Assembly: GCF_963676685.1 (NCBI RefSeq)
Contig: NC_092345.1
Span: forward strand, 22,196,001 to 22,260,000
DNA length: 64,000 bases
Reading direction: 5' to 3'
Source: Mytilus edulis
Lineage: Eukaryota
Shown: in pieces, positions 25,950 through 46,620 of the stretch
Numbering within the stretch: the stretch's first letter is position 1
Layout of the letters: every line of letters starts with the position of its first letter
Notes under the pieces: model-generated
The model's input: only the letters and a program-made list of their open reading frames with translations
What the model was told of the DNA's origin: nothing
Databases searched by the model: none
Translations under genes and position numbers: made by a program

Positions 25950-27194
25950 CTTACGATCTTCAATATTGAATCAACCGCCGACATCAGTGTCAATTGAATT
26001 GGAGATGTAACATAATGATAAACGTTTAGCTGACTATTTACAATTTTACAATGAATTATAACAACTGCAGCTAATACGGAAAAGAGTTAATAAATATCCG
26101 GAAAAACAAATCTTGTTCATATTATCACTTTTATGATCTGTTATTAGAAGTATGTTGATAGTCATGTATAAATAAAGAAAGTTATGAATTATTTCAATTT
26201 AAAGCATATGTACTTAGGGACATGACAATTTTTTTAGCCCCCCTTTTTTTCCCTTCAAAATCCGTTATTTTTTTATCCCTTTTTTTTGGGGGGGGGGGGG
26301 GGGGAGGTCCATTTACTTCTGTTTTTTTTTATCTGGATAAGAATCTAAATCACTGATCAAGCAGTTCACATGATAAATGTTTCTTGTTACTCTTTTTTTT
26401 TTTATATAGTTAGACCGTTGGTTTTCCCTTTTAAATGGTTTTACCATAGTCATTTCATGGGAGGGGGGCTTCATAGCTTGCTGTTCAGTGTGAATTGCGC
26501 AGTGTTGAAGACCGTACGGCCGTCTCAGTTTGCCCTATAAATGGTTTCCTTTTACAAAGTTATGACTGGGATAGAGAGTTATCTCATTGGTACTCATACC
26601 ACATCTTCTAGATCTTATAACTAGTTATTGTCCGGTCCCCAAGATAATTAACTTCTGTAACACTTACATGTAGTACGTAGTCTCAGCCCCGAGTACATAT
26701 GATTTTTTTAACCTGAAAGCACGTTCTTATAATTAACAAAATAGTCATTGCTAGAATAGTATTGATTCACGACTAGATAACAAAGGTTTTACTTAGTTTA
26801 CTTGCAATCAGTTTTGCAAATGAAATTTGGAGAATTTGATTGATTTATATATTAATGTCTGCTTTGCGCCGCCTTAGCAATGACTTAAATTAGCCGTTGT
26901 TGTTGCCTTTTATCTGGCGGATAATATATTAAGTTGTCTTGAAATTGACAATGTTACCACATCTCCTTATTTTAATACAACTTAATGCTAACTTGGGACT
27001 AAAACGGACTGACTGTCACACCAATAGGGGGGCATTTAGAAGGGCACCTTTTACCAGAAATATTTGGATGATAGAATAGGAATCCACTGAAGCATAAACG
27101 GAGCGGCCCCTCTTAAGCAGCCAATGCCATTTATGGGCCCCGGACTTATGAAAGTTTCTGGATCCGCCACTGATATGACCAACACAATAATTTG

Positions 27195-27315
27195 AATAGA
27201 TTTTCTGTGTTTTGACGGCACTTTTAAGAACCGTTTTAATCTATTTCGTGGCGGCCAGTTTTTATTGGTGGAGGAATTAAGGCGGGTGCCCGTAGAAAAC
27301 CTTCGACCTTCGATA
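27195..27315 (-). mobile_element. V-SINE-like fragment
   Basis: Reverse complement contains GGTTTTCTACGGGCACCCGCC..TTCCTCCACCAATAAAAACTGG, resembling the conserved V-domain GGTTTTCTCCGGGTACTCCGGTTTCCTCC. Confidence 0.5.
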
Positions 27316-28246
27316 TAATATGGTATTACAAACAAATGGAAGTTTTTAACGACCTTGACTGGCTATACAGCCCTTGCACGGTCGGTTAAATGGTATTAAA
27401 TGGCTTAACTTTATATATCTATAATCTAACTATACTAGATGACTTAAGTTTTCTGAAAATATAAACGGGCGTGTCAATGCAAGATAAATAAGTCTATTTT
27501 GTAAATTTTAAAGATTAGATAATAAATGGACATATGATTTCTGCATAAGGAAGAAATACTTTTTGACCCTTGCAATATTTACTGAAAAAGATAATTTCTT
27601 ATTTAGTTAATAACAATAATTCTAATTTACAGGTAAGTCAATAATAAAGGACGCCTCATCTTTAAATATTAAAGTTAAAATATTCCAATCGTCACATACT
27701 GTGGTAAATAAAAGTACATAAAGTCATTTATTGTTAAAGTTTGATTGTTATTTCTAAATTGAAATCTGGTGACGTTCATTTTTATCTAGATTTAAGCATT
27801 CCGAGTTTGAAATCATGTTACCGAGGTGTGCATGTGTGTGGGGGGGGGGGGGGGGGGTAGTTTCCGACGGCCTCGATCAGTATTTTCAGTCGTGGTGAGA
27901 CAGCCATTGGAAGAGTGCAATATTTTCTATTTCACGTAAACCAAACCACAATATCTATAAATAAGAAATAAAAATATGACATGTTGTTATCCCCACTTTT
28001 TGGAGGTGATATATTCTCCAATTCTCTGTCTTTTCTCTAGGTCAGTCAGTTAATTTAATACATCCGAACTAATAAATGTCTCTTTCCGAATTTGCAAATT
28101 GACGTTTAGCAACAAACAATCAATATCAATGCGTTAAATCTGATTTCATTATTTATCTCGAACCGAAAGTAGAATGACTGTGAAAAACATACCAATTAAA
28201 ATTTATCATATCATGACATAATAGATATCATTTCATTTAAAGTACC

Positions 28247-34645
<6,399 letters not shown>

Positions 34646-35046
34646 AGATATATCTGGACAGACGTTGTACGTTGAAAGTCAATGAAATAAAGACAAAAAA
34701 GAGATGATTAAAATTGAGGGCGTTCAACTTTTTTTTATTTTTGCAATATCATAAATGTAAAAAAAATATGTTTAACTTGATATTCTCGAAGGCTCTAAGA
34801 TAACTAAAACAATAAAAAAAAAAATTGAGTCGAATAGTTTAAATCCATAAAAGTAGCTACAAGATTTCATTAAATGATATTTCTAGTTTTCGTATATTTC
34901 AAAATAAAGTTAGTTGTGTAGTATGGAGTTTTTTTGTGCCTGTTACTGAACATGACTTATTTGTTTATAATTGTTTAATTTTTTTTTTTAATCTCTTGAA
35001 TTCAAAATCGATTATCTAGTGACGCCAGATATTGGTCAAACCAAAT

Positions 35047-35295
35047 TCAAGTTCGAATTGGTACATCTGTGTTAATATCGATGAAAATATCAAGATATGA
35101 AGCAGACTTTCTAATTTCGAAATAATCATTAATTGCAAATTCACTGGGTAATATTAGATGGAAACGCACATCGAAATGATGTTTATAGAGTACCAGAACA
35201 TCACCAATATAGCTGAAAGTGAAATTAAAAACCTTGGTTAGATTATTTTTCTTTTCGTCTTTGAGAAGGTTCTGTATGAATTCAAAATTAGCCAT
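35047..35295 (-). mobile_element. Degraded PLE RT core fragment
   Basis: FNFTFSYIGDVL...ILPSEFAI...SASYLDI resembles the PLE FNFTFRYIDDVL...IYPSELEI...SASYLDL; YIDD is mutated to YIGD. Confidence 0.7.
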
Positions 35296-36239
35296 TAAAT
35301 GATGTCATTTTATATGAAGTACACTTCATTGTGCACCAAATCATCACAAACAATAAATTATATAAAACCAAGCAAACAAGCTGTACGTAAACTATAAATA
35401 TAAAATCGGCTTCGGTTGAGTAGTGTACACGAGGGGCACATCAACCAAAGATGAATCAAAAGATAGTTAGAATGTTAGTTAGTATGGTCCAGTAAGATTT
35501 CACAGACTACAGGTAAATAGTATGTAAGGTCATGGTGTTGGGTCATTTAAACTGTTAGAGAAATATTAATATATGCCTTGGCATAGACATGAGTTTTTTC
35601 TCATTATAATTTCACTGTAGCTTGATAGGCGTTTACACTGTATTATTTGAGTCACATTTTTTTAGTTTGGTTAAATAATAAAGAAGAGAAGTTTCAATTC
35701 AAAATTGCACCTTTCTTTGCACTTTATGTAAATAATCGAAAATATGTATCTGAATTAAATTGTGTCAGCACCTTTATTAATAACAATTACAAGATTAAAA
35801 AGAAAATTGACAATACTTGGATATTTTACAGTCCAGTCTCACATAAACATGGATAGGTTTGGAAACTATACAAGTGCGTGTAACACAAATTGTAAAATGA
35901 TTCATGAATTGGATCTCCAAATCCAATATGTATAAACATAGCTGAAAATTTTAAAAACTTTTGCAAAACATTAGAAAGACGGATTTTTTGGATAAAGTTG
36001 TCTTAAGTGAAAAGTGGAAGATACTAAGGGGACATAAAAGAAATTGAAAATGTCATTACAGAAAACAAAGGAACAACAAACTTGTTCACAAAACACTACA
36101 GAGGAAACTGAAGACCGGTCAACATGAACCTACCAGAATCCGGGATTGATCTCATGTGCTCCGGAAGGGTAAAGAGATTTGCATGTGGCATTAGTCATTT
36201 TGCTGATGATAAGTACACATTCGGTAATGTAAGCATTAA

Positions 36240-37292
36240 AGCCCAGGTCAAAACAGATCGTACGAATTTTTGTCGTGGGAGATCTATAAAATAGTTGTCG
36301 TGGCGCAGTCGTGCAAAATGTCAAAAAAATATTTCGAGTGGTCACATCAGCTACGACATGCCCACGAAGGTTCCACGATGGGTACAAGAAAGAAAAATGA
36401 ATTATAATTGTACGATCGTGAGTTGTCGCAAGTCGGTCGTGTGACAGTCGTACGACAATCGTGAGTTGTTTGGGGCTATTTTTCAGGTTTTCATGTCAAT
36501 GGATGCGCGCGTTACTGTCGTGTCACTGTCATGCCACTGTCGTATGACTGTTGTGCCACTGTCGTACGACTGTCGTACCACTGTGATGCTACTCTCGACA
36601 AAAGCTCTTGAAACATGCCAGGCTCCATCCGCTCCAACTCTTACATCAGTGTACTATACTGCCAAAACATTAGGCGCCGTTTGATCCATGGCATAACCAA
36701 CCAATGTCGGGCGTTTCGCTGGTTCCTATACTGTTCACGGGCTCGAATCAACACTAACAGGACCATATTTTGCTCTTGTTGTAGTCCACAAAGGCGCCTA
36801 TTCAATAGGGCAAAGCATAATCGTTCTGATGAAGTAGCCATCCTCTTTAAACGGGAGACGGTATGTTTTTTCCAAACATTCATTCCCACCGAATTGTATT
36901 CTTCTAAATACAACGAGAATATGTTGCACGACGAACGTACCTCTGTCGTCCGATTGACAATCAATTTTGTGCGATCATCGTACGAAATTTGGTATTCCTG
37001 AGACAATCGTGCGACTGTATCACGAGTGTTTTTGCGACAGTCGTGAGATTGTCGTACGATAGACGTGCGACGATTATTTGATTAAAATGCATTATATTGA
37101 TACCCACGACAATGTGATTATCGCAAGACAGTCGCACGACGATTGTAAGACACTTTCTCGACAGCCACACATGCACAAGACAGTGACACGATAAAAAAAA
37201 TCGTGTACGACGACCACAGATGACCCACGATTTGACCAATTTCATTTCGTGGCGCTGTATAGATGTGTCGTAGGTTCCTTGTGACCAGGGCT
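36240..37292 (-). mobile_element. Internally deleted PIF/Harbinger DNA transposon with transposase N-terminal remnant
   Basis: TIR AGCCC(A/T)GGTCA, TSD TAA on both sides, many GTCGT/ACGAC subterminal repeats; minus frame reads RHWLVMPWIKRRLMFWQYSTLM*ELERMEPGMFQELLSRV, resembling the N-terminus of Harbinger DDE nucleases. Confidence 0.8.
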
Positions 37293-40200
37293 TAAGGAAA
37301 CTTTAAGGAGGACTGTATCTACGACAATTGCTATGTAGTTTTTTTATGTACAAATAATTTCCTGTTGGTATTTTTTTGTAAAATAATTTGAAAACCATAA
37401 CAGCTGATTATACTTTTTGATATACAAAATTAAGTATACCTGTCTAAATTTGACCCAGTCTTAGAAACAAGTACACAAAACGTATCCTAGCTTTTAAGGA
37501 CTTACTTATTTCACAATTCATATCAAATGACCTTGATTTATACTTATTTGAAATCTTTTGCACCGTCATGAATAGTTTATCTCTATTACTACAGATAATG
37601 AAATAGTAATATTAAATTCAGCAATTCATTGAGACATCATTTACATTAGCATTTAACATAATGTAAAAAAGTATAAAGTAAAATTGCTGATGTCTAAGAG
37701 TTTGTTTTCGATCTACGAGTTTGAATTTATTCTTCGTTCTAAAATGCGAATTTCATATTTCAATGGAGATAGCTAATGAGCATCAGTTAATGATCTTGTC
37801 TGCATTGATTCAACTTGAAACTATTGTCTGATCGGTTGTCAGGTGGAATTTTCGAAAATTCATAAACATTTAAAAAAAAATCTAATCAAATATTTCGTAA
37901 CAGGGCAGACTAGATTTTTTTAGTGGTTGAAGACTATAAACCCTAGTTTTCACACACAAAAAATTATAATTTTTCTAAGATATGCGTTTTCATCTTCTAA
38001 CTTGAAAGACTGTCGTCAAGTACTTTCAGTAAAAAAAAATAGCTATTGTTCTGCTTAACTTTGTACTAAAAAAATTGAAAACTTATGCAAATGGTGTTTT
38101 AAAAATAAAACACTTTGTAATTGAGAAGAAAATTGTAATTTTGTTTGTTTCTATTAACTTTTAAAATGTTTGTCACTAAAGTAAACATTACAGTAAGCAT
38201 TTATCGCCTTCTCTAACAAAGAGCGTCGATTCTTTTGTTCTATTTCAACCGGGTTTCCGACTGTAGAAATCCAAATCCAAACTGTATTTTGTCCACACAT
38301 ATATTAATAACAATTAAAAAACTAGCAAGCCAGTTGTATTACTTATGACAAAGTTGTAACAGCTCAAAAGTTTAAACCTTTATTTTTCAAAGTTCATTCT
38401 TCTATACACAGGAGACGTAAATCTATGTAGATCGAGTGGAGAACATTGCTACATTATAGTTTGTAAAGCGATTCCTTATAAGAGAATTGGAACATCTGAA
38501 ATGAAACTAAAGACTGGACAACAAGAACACAACCAAAAACCTGGGGTTGGTATCATGTGCTCCGAAAGATTAATGCTATCCTGCATAATATGGTACTGAT
38601 GGTAAGTACAAAAGTTGGTGATGTCAGAATGTAGGGAAAAGAAAACTGGAATTTTGATACGCAATTATTTTAAGACATAAATTCATTCATGTTGGTATTT
38701 CATGTTTAAAAAATTGAAAACTCTTTTTAAGTTGTTTATTATTCAATCATTTTGATATACAAATTTGAGAATGACTTTCCACAATTCTGATGTGAACTCC
38801 GCCAGAGAAACAAAAACAGGAAATTGTCCATGCTTCTTTTTTTCAAACCTTCTATAAAATGACCTTTATTGTATACTTATTTACAATTTATTGCACCATC
38901 ATGAAAATTACACCCATATTACTTCAGATGATGAAATGTTCATATAAAATTCATTTATTCATTGGGAAGTACTTAATATAACCTAAGACAACGATATGTA
39001 TTCGGGAAAACGTTTTAAAAGTTTCACATTTCAGGTACGTATACTATAGACTAAGTTAAATGCGGTCTACATTACAGATTTCATATTTCAACGGAGATAT
39101 GAAGTTCTTTGTAGCATAATTAGTTTAAACCAAATTAACAGAAACTTCGTGGTATATTAACTTATCTATTTTTAGTGTGATGGAAAATAGAGAATAAACG
39201 ACACCAGATATCTCAAAATATGTCTAAACGATATTTGAATTTCACCTAAATGCACATGTAACAGGTTAAACTATTTACTTCATTCAGTAATTTACTAACG
39301 GGAAGCAAGGTCTGAAATTGTGTAATGAAATATTTCAGTTTAGGCTTTGAGTTGCTGAAAAACATCAACATCATGTAGAGATAATTGACATGTTTTTGCT
39401 CAAAGCAAGAACATTAGAGTATACTTGACAAAGTTAAACTTCGATTTCGATGGAATATGCTATTATTTTCCCGTCATATAGCTCTTTGTGAGTTTAGGTC
39501 AAGTATTTATAAAAATACCTAATATATGTCCTTGTTTCAGACACAACATTGGCTTGCATTAAGTGTCTAAGTATTCCAGGTAAAGCTAAATCCCCGAAAG
39601 CGGTTCGGAAGCATTAAATTTATTGAATATTATTTTCATATTGAAGGTATCCAATTAAATGCAAAAAAAACCCAACAACTATCTTCCTGTAACTGATTGT
39701 GTCATGCTTATTCATCGTGTGTAGTGTACCGAAAATTTATCGGAACGTAAAAGAGGGGCGAAAGATACCAGAGGAACAGTCAAACTCAGAACTCATGAAC
39801 TGACAACGCCATGGCTGTTAATGAAAAAAAACCCAACAAAAACAGACAAATAATAGTATACAAGAAACAACATAGATAACTAAAGACTGAGCAACAAGAA
39901 CCTGTATGTGATCTCAGGTGCTCCGGAAGGGTAAGCAGATATTGTTCCACATGTGGCACACGCCGTGTTGCTCATGTCATTCCATTTACGTGAATGTCAG
40001 CATCGTTAAATATTCGATATTCGTCATTGATGGCTTAACATAAAACATTTTTTTGCACTGCTTTGACCATTCAGCACACGACTGTTATTTTCTCACTTCA
40101 GTCTCAAGACTAGAAATGATAAAGGAGTACTCTATCTTCAATAGAAACGATGTACCTGTCTTAATTATTTTGTCGGATGGATTTTAGTGAAATATTTCCG

Positions 40201-40686
40201 TGATAATGAACAAATGTGAACTAAATTTGACAAGAGATATGCACAGTACCAATCTACTGATATGCAAAAAAAAATTAAACGTTCATCTGACCGTCAAATT
40301 TTTAACATTAATATCGCACTTGTTTTAGTTACATCTTGTGATTTTTAATGTATGAATAACATTATTGCTCTTGGAAACATGATATGTCCATCTATCATCT
40401 GTACTTCAGGGTTGATAAATTGAGTGCTTGATTCATTCCTTGGTTAGTGGTTTAATAATGTTGTGTAGTAACACATAGGCTTGTATGTCGCTGCATGGAT
40501 ACTTTTTTTTGTAGTACTATTAAAAGTAGACAAAAGACTTGCCAATTAGATAAAAAAAAAAAGTATCTACAGAATTGAGATCATTAGACTTTCATTTACT
40601 CCGTGTAGTATGATGTCTTAAATCGCTTCATTTAACTAACATTCAATGTTCTATTCACTATAGGAGCACTCGTTTTGAAACCAAAG

Positions 40687-43617
40687 ATGATTTGTTCAGA
40701 TTCAGCTGTAAATCTCTACAGAAAACTAAAGAACGACAAAGCCTACAGACAAATATTTACAGTGTTTGCATGGTCCTGTTTTGCTTTTCTTGTTTTAGTG
40801 AGTAATAATTAATTACATGTACAACAACGAAAGAAACTGGATCAGGACCTGTCTTATTCGATAAGTTTACCATACACATATACATAGTTTAGTAAATCAC
40901 GCACGAGTAAAGACATACCAAGATTCAAATTGAGAGACCATGCATCTAATAATATCACAAGGATGTAAAAAAGGCCAAAATAGTTACAAAATTAAACACG
41001 TATAAAGTTGAAGAGCATGCAGGACCCAAAATTCCAGGAAATTGTGCCAAATACGACTAAGGTCATCTATGCTTGGCACAAAAAAATTCCCTGTTAGTAC
41101 TTCGAATAGTTCATAATATTGCAAACAGTAAATTTATAAAAATGACCATATAATTGATATTCATGTCAAAACCGAAGTGTTCACTTCTGGGCTGGCAAAG
41201 GCTTTTATAATAAACGTCAATTGAATGAGACTTTATTTCTATCAATATATTTACAGGGTTGGAATCTTGGACTAGGAGGGCCGACTTTATTAGACCTTCA
41301 GATAATCGCAAACTGTTCACTAGAACAAGCATCTCTTTTCTTTACAGCTATTGCATCTGGATATATGGTTTCATCCCTTGTAATTGGAGTCACCTTTGAC
41401 AGATTTGATAAATTTTTGCATATCATATTCGGTAATGTCGGCATCACTATCGTTATGGCTGCCATACCATGGTGCAAATATTATGAACTCATGTTCACAA
41501 TACATGTTCTAAAAGGATTTTTGTGTGGATTTTCAGATGGAGGTTTGTACTTTTCAGCTTTCAACAAACCTACTATGACATTTTATAATATATAACGTCC
41601 TGCCGTAAAATTGTTTGTTGTGTTTCAAGTGACATTTACCTTATTCATATACCAAATGCTCAAATAAGTGGTCATTTTTGTCCGGGCAATATTTGTGTCA
41701 TTCGTTGAAATAGACTTCTCTCTCCTTAGAAACATATCTTGCCTGTATAAATAATCTTGAAAACTGTTCAAAGCCCCGCTACTTAACCCTAAATATTCTT
41801 AATTATAAATCCTTTATAGTGTCAAACAGGAATGCGTTGACACTGAAGGTCGCACGCCTCCCCTTTTATTGTAAATATAGTATATCAATAACCATTTGGA
41901 TCCCACCATTCAACCAAATGTATTCTGAATTTCCAGGAGATCACTTTCCAGTGTACCATAGCTTTGTTCCCGGGGTTGTACCTCCCAGTCCATTTTAACC
42001 AAAAACTGTTTAATAAATCTACAATTATCAAGATTTTTTACTCTAAACAAGATATTTTCTGTATGAAATGACACTCTTTCTTCAGCAATATTTATCCGGA
42101 TAGATTTGACTACGTACATGTACATGTATTTTGAAAAGATTTGACTACGTACATGAACTTGTATTTTCAGAACATTTTAAGATCGTTATCCATTAACCAT
42201 GTATATTTACCATAATCTTGTAATATAATAGATTTTTGTGGATTATGCGGAGATATATGTTGAATCCACTACAAAATCTATAAAATTCTATATAGTTTCT
42301 TTTAAATTTATGTTTTTTATGTCGTGTTTTTCCTTTAAAAGTCGTAGTTTACGAAATCAATCGGGGTCGGATCTATTAACTGCTTTATTTGATTTGTTGT
42401 AGTATCATGTATTGTTAAAAGATAAGATAATAACTTTTGATTTCTTTCCTTTGGAATAGTTTGACTGAGCATCGTTATATGTGTAAGGAATCCTTTATTT
42501 TATCTTTACAGTTGCCTCTACCATTTTGATTCATCTTCTTGGACAAGACTGCAGAAGATATATACAGATTCTTCATTTTTTCTTCACGATTGGAGGAATG
42601 CTATCACCACTAGCCGCTGCTCCTTTCTTAAATCAGCTTGAAGGATCGAATATGATAAAAAACGAGTCATATAATGGGTTATTTGATATGACAACTTTGC
42701 GTTACAACATTAGTAACGTACCTACGGTTCAAAATTCGCATAACCTTTTAATTTTACGAAATACTAGCGATAGTTCCATAACAACGGAAGTTTATAAACC
42801 ATACTTAATTTCTGCAGGATTAAGTTTGCTGTCAGTTGTTCCATTTGCTGTCATGTACTTGACATTTGATAAGAAACTGATGGAAACAAAACAAAAAAAG
42901 TTAACAAAAGAAGATAAAAACTGTGAACTTCCAATATTGCTCCGTATCCCAGTTTTGTTAACTGTAGCTCTTTGTTCATTAGTATACACAGCACTAGAAG
43001 ATTCGTTTGCCAGCTTTCTTGCGACGTTTGCTGTTAAGCAGTATCAATGGGACAAATCAGTAGCTTCATATGCGACATCACTGTATTGGGCTTCATTTTC
43101 AGGAGGTAGTCTTATCGGAATATTTATAGCGCCGTTATTTGATCTATCTAAATTCTTAACATTCTACAGTTTAATGATAGTTTCATCATTTACTGTGCTC
43201 TTGCTGACTACTTTATATGGATTTGATGGCGGTATATGGGCATCTGCTGCAATCTCTGGATTCTTTATGTCTGTTTTCTTTCCTTTATTCTTTGCATGGA
43301 CAGAAGAAGATTTCCTCCATGTTTCTGCTCGCGTAACGGCATTAATTATGCTATCAGGAAGCAGTGGGGTAATAATCAACCCAATTATTCTAGGGAAGCT
43401 GATGGAAGTATCGCCGGTTTGGTTCTGTTACATTTTACTGGGGGAAAGTATTGTATTGTTCTTACTCTTTTGCGTTGGAACCCTTCTGTCAAAAAGAACA
43501 AAAAAAATTCGAATGATGTCAGAACTTGAAATTCGTGTTGACAGAAATGGGGAAATATATGAAAACGGAAATACAGATGCAAAGGTCAACAAAGGTTTTG
43601 AAATAACTAAATTCTGA
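40687..43617 (+). CDS. MFS transporter, MFSD4/sodium-dependent glucose transporter 1 (NaGLT1)-like, ~500 aa
   Basis: Exons 40687-40797, 41257-41542, 42512-43617 with GT-AG and phases 0,1; GPTLLDL, QILHFFFTIGGMLSPL, multiple TM helices; C-terminus NKGFEITKF. Confidence 0.88.
40985..41200 (-). mobile_element. Retrozyme-family fragment without hammerhead in the first coding intron of the MFS gene
   Basis: Reverse complement matches the retrozyme body (aaagttgaagagcat...aatgaccatataattgatattcatgtc). Confidence 0.7.
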
Positions 43618-46234
43618 AATAAAAAAATCATTATGAATTACATTAATTCAAATAAAATGATTCATCAAAGGTACGGGTTTAAATCATCTATGTCTGGTGG
43701 TAAACGCCTATTATAGTGTTTTCAATATTTTATTACATTTCTTTGAGAATGGTAAATTTACAGAAACTGACCGTATCAACTTTATATTTCATGTCAGCAT
43801 AGAGTGCTAACTACTTGGCTTGGGATATCATCATGTCCGAAACTTCCACCGGCAGTGTCGCAACCAACCTAGTGGTTGTCAAAACTTATAAAGGATAATA
43901 GTCCTATAAGTAACTAACGAAAACGGGGAGCCTTCTTGTTTTTGTTCTGTTTCTTCTTTTTATTATTTTTGCTCTTTACAATATTCTTGATTTTTTCATT
44001 CTGAGACTGACGTTAATTCACGCACTTAATAAAACCTCAGAACAGATCTTTAAATTGGAGTCAACACACAAACCAATAATCTTGGCAAATCTATTTCTAG
44101 TATAGTTATCAAAAAGAGATACTTGCAATTGTATAATAATTGCACATGGGTTAGGGCAAATTTTCCTTGTACAAAATAGTCCTCTTTTGATTTTCAATAT
44201 TATGGAGGCTATTTTATATGTTTAAAACTTTTTCTAATTTTTCTAATTCAATTTTTTTTTTTTTTTGTCAAGTTCATTTTAATCAAAACAATAAATGTAC
44301 ACGTTTACAAGAGCAGGGTGAGAGGAGTGTGATTTGTCCCGACTACGTTTATATTTATTTGGGCCCTCATAGCATGCTGTTTGGCGGAGCTTAGGTTTCG
44401 TGTCGAAGACCGTATTTTGACCTATAACGGTTTTTTCTTTTACAAATTGTGATTTGTCTCATTGGCACTCATACCACATCTTCTTTTATCTAGAGATACC
44501 TAACTGAAATGAAATAGACAATTCAAAACGCCTATAACCTGAAAACATAGTGTTCAACTAACCTGTATGACAGGTGTTTAACAACCTTGATTACCAATGA
44601 GGGTCTAGCATGGTTTGCTGTCCTACTACCTTGAGTGAACACACGAAAAAACAGTAACAAACTTGTTTCACAATATTTATATTATCTTCCTTCATTTTTT
44701 GGTTTCCTGCTTTACTAATGACTTCGACCAAAAGAAGGTATTACTTTAGCTTATAATGCTGTCATGTACCAGCTAGCGAGCAATATTAAAATAAGAAGAT
44801 GAGGAATGATTGCAATTGAGACGACTCTCCACCAGTTTAAAAAAAATGAATGTAAAAAATTATAGGCAATTAAAGGCAATCTGCAACAAAGGGAAAAACC
44901 AATATCATATGGTCAGCTATAAAAGGCCCCGGTGATAAAAATATATAACATTGCAATTGAGAGAACTAAAGTCCTAATTTATAACAAACCAATTAACGGA
45001 AAACAAATATGACAGACATGAACAAACGATGACCATTGAGTACAATAGGTGCTTGCAGATCACATCATTTAAGATCTGTAACATAGTCTATCATTTGAGT
45101 CTGCAGATCACACTGCTAATTATCTGTAACATAGCCTGTATAATGTGCCTGCAAGTCTCCATAGCTCTGCATTATACACTAGTAAAGGTGCCTGCATGTC
45201 ACACTTTCATTTATACATCTGTATGGTAGGTGCTTGCAGGTATGATTGCAATTCTCAACAACAGACCAAATGACACAGAAATCAACCACTATAGGTTCCC
45301 TTACGACTTTTACAATGAGTAAAGCCCATACCGCATAGTCAGCAAATCTAAGTACAAAATAATAGATGAAAAACAAATATGTATCAGAGCAATTAATGAC
45401 AACCACTAAATTACCAGCGTTTGACTGCGGACAGACACATACAGAATGTGGCGGGGTCAAACTAGTTTGGAGGACTAAGCCATCCTCTAACCTGGGACCG
45501 TGGTTTAACACTAACAGTAAAATATAAGAACAATCTACAAACATTAAATGAAAAAGGCTTAACTCATCAAATGAGTACAAATAGAAATACATCTAACAAA
45601 ACCCAAAGTGGACGTGGAAGGGTACCTGTACATGCGCATAACAAACAAAAAACACCAATTACAGATCTGAGAATACTCGCAGTTATCACTGGTGCCTGTA
45701 GGTTATTATACTTATGATCAGCACCTTAGCTTATCATATAAGCCTGCTGGCCACACTGCTATTTATCAGTACCATAGCATATCATACGTGGTTACATGCC
45801 ATATCGCCATATGTCTGTACCTAAGCCTATCACAGGAGCCTGAAGATTGACCATAATAGGTCCACACCGCTTTTGTATGTAACGTATTCTATCATAATGC
45901 GTGCATGTTAATCGTAAGTGCCTGTAGGCCACACCGATTTTGTATGTTCCATATCCTATTATAGGTGCCTGCAGGTCACATCAAACATTATTTGTACCAT
46001 GTTTGCCTTCAGGTCACACTTTTTTCATATGAAACATTAGTCTTTTGTTACCTGCAGGTCACAGTGACACTTATACATGTATATATCTGTATAATAGCCT
46101 ATCATATGAGTTAGACTTCAGGTTTCGTCTCCATAGAGCTGTATCATAGGTGCGTGCAGGTCTTATCCTCTTTACCAGAGCCCATCACATGAGTTTGTAG
46201 GTTACACTGCTAAAACAGGTATATATTTATCAGT

Positions 46235-46620
46235 TGATAAACGTTTCAATGTCGAAAAGAATCAAAATCCACATGAAAAGTTTATATTCCATGGACCCTG
46301 TCTATCCAATATAAAGCAGACTATAGATTTTGCATTTTGTTAACGAAGTAAAAAATAAATAAAAATAAAACGCAGTTCCATGGGTATTGCGATATCGATT
46401 GCAATTGCCCCCTTATGTAGTGGTTAAACAATATGGATGTTTGCTTGTACCCATATGGCCTAAGAATGTGCCAGATTCTAATATATTATAGAGACTGTCT
46501 TTCACTATGGGAGAAAAACAACTTGTGCATTCATTTAATTTCACTCAATTCTTATGTTACGGTCTGCTCAAGATAACATTAAAGTTCATCATTAACAAAA
46601 ACGACGATGTCAAAGATTTA
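46235..46620 (+). pseudogene. cGLR/Mab21 pseudogene fragment 1
   Basis: PHEKFIFHGPCLSNIKQTIDFAFC*RSK...KQYGCLLVPIWPKNVPDSNIL...EKQLVHSFNFTQFLCYGLLKITLKFIINKNDDVKDL, homologous to ~61620-62000, with stops and indels. Confidence 0.85.

Noticed and set aside
27346-27388. Small hairpin ttaacgacc...ggtcggttaa as a possible structured RNA
   Set aside because: Single short imperfect stem; no ribozyme or tRNA consensus could be fitted.
36615-37245. Plus-strand 128-aa ORF and neighbouring ORFs as host genes
   Set aside because: They lie within the TIR/TSD-bounded Harbinger derivative; GC-richer sequence gives chance ORFs.
42792-43631. Short ORFs overlapping the MFS, B-box and cGLR exons on other frames or strands
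   Set aside because: Shadow ORFs of real coding exons with no independent motifs.
45179-45592. ORFs at 22336-22545, 45179-45592 and 58515-58766
   Set aside because: Translations of interspersed repeat family A.
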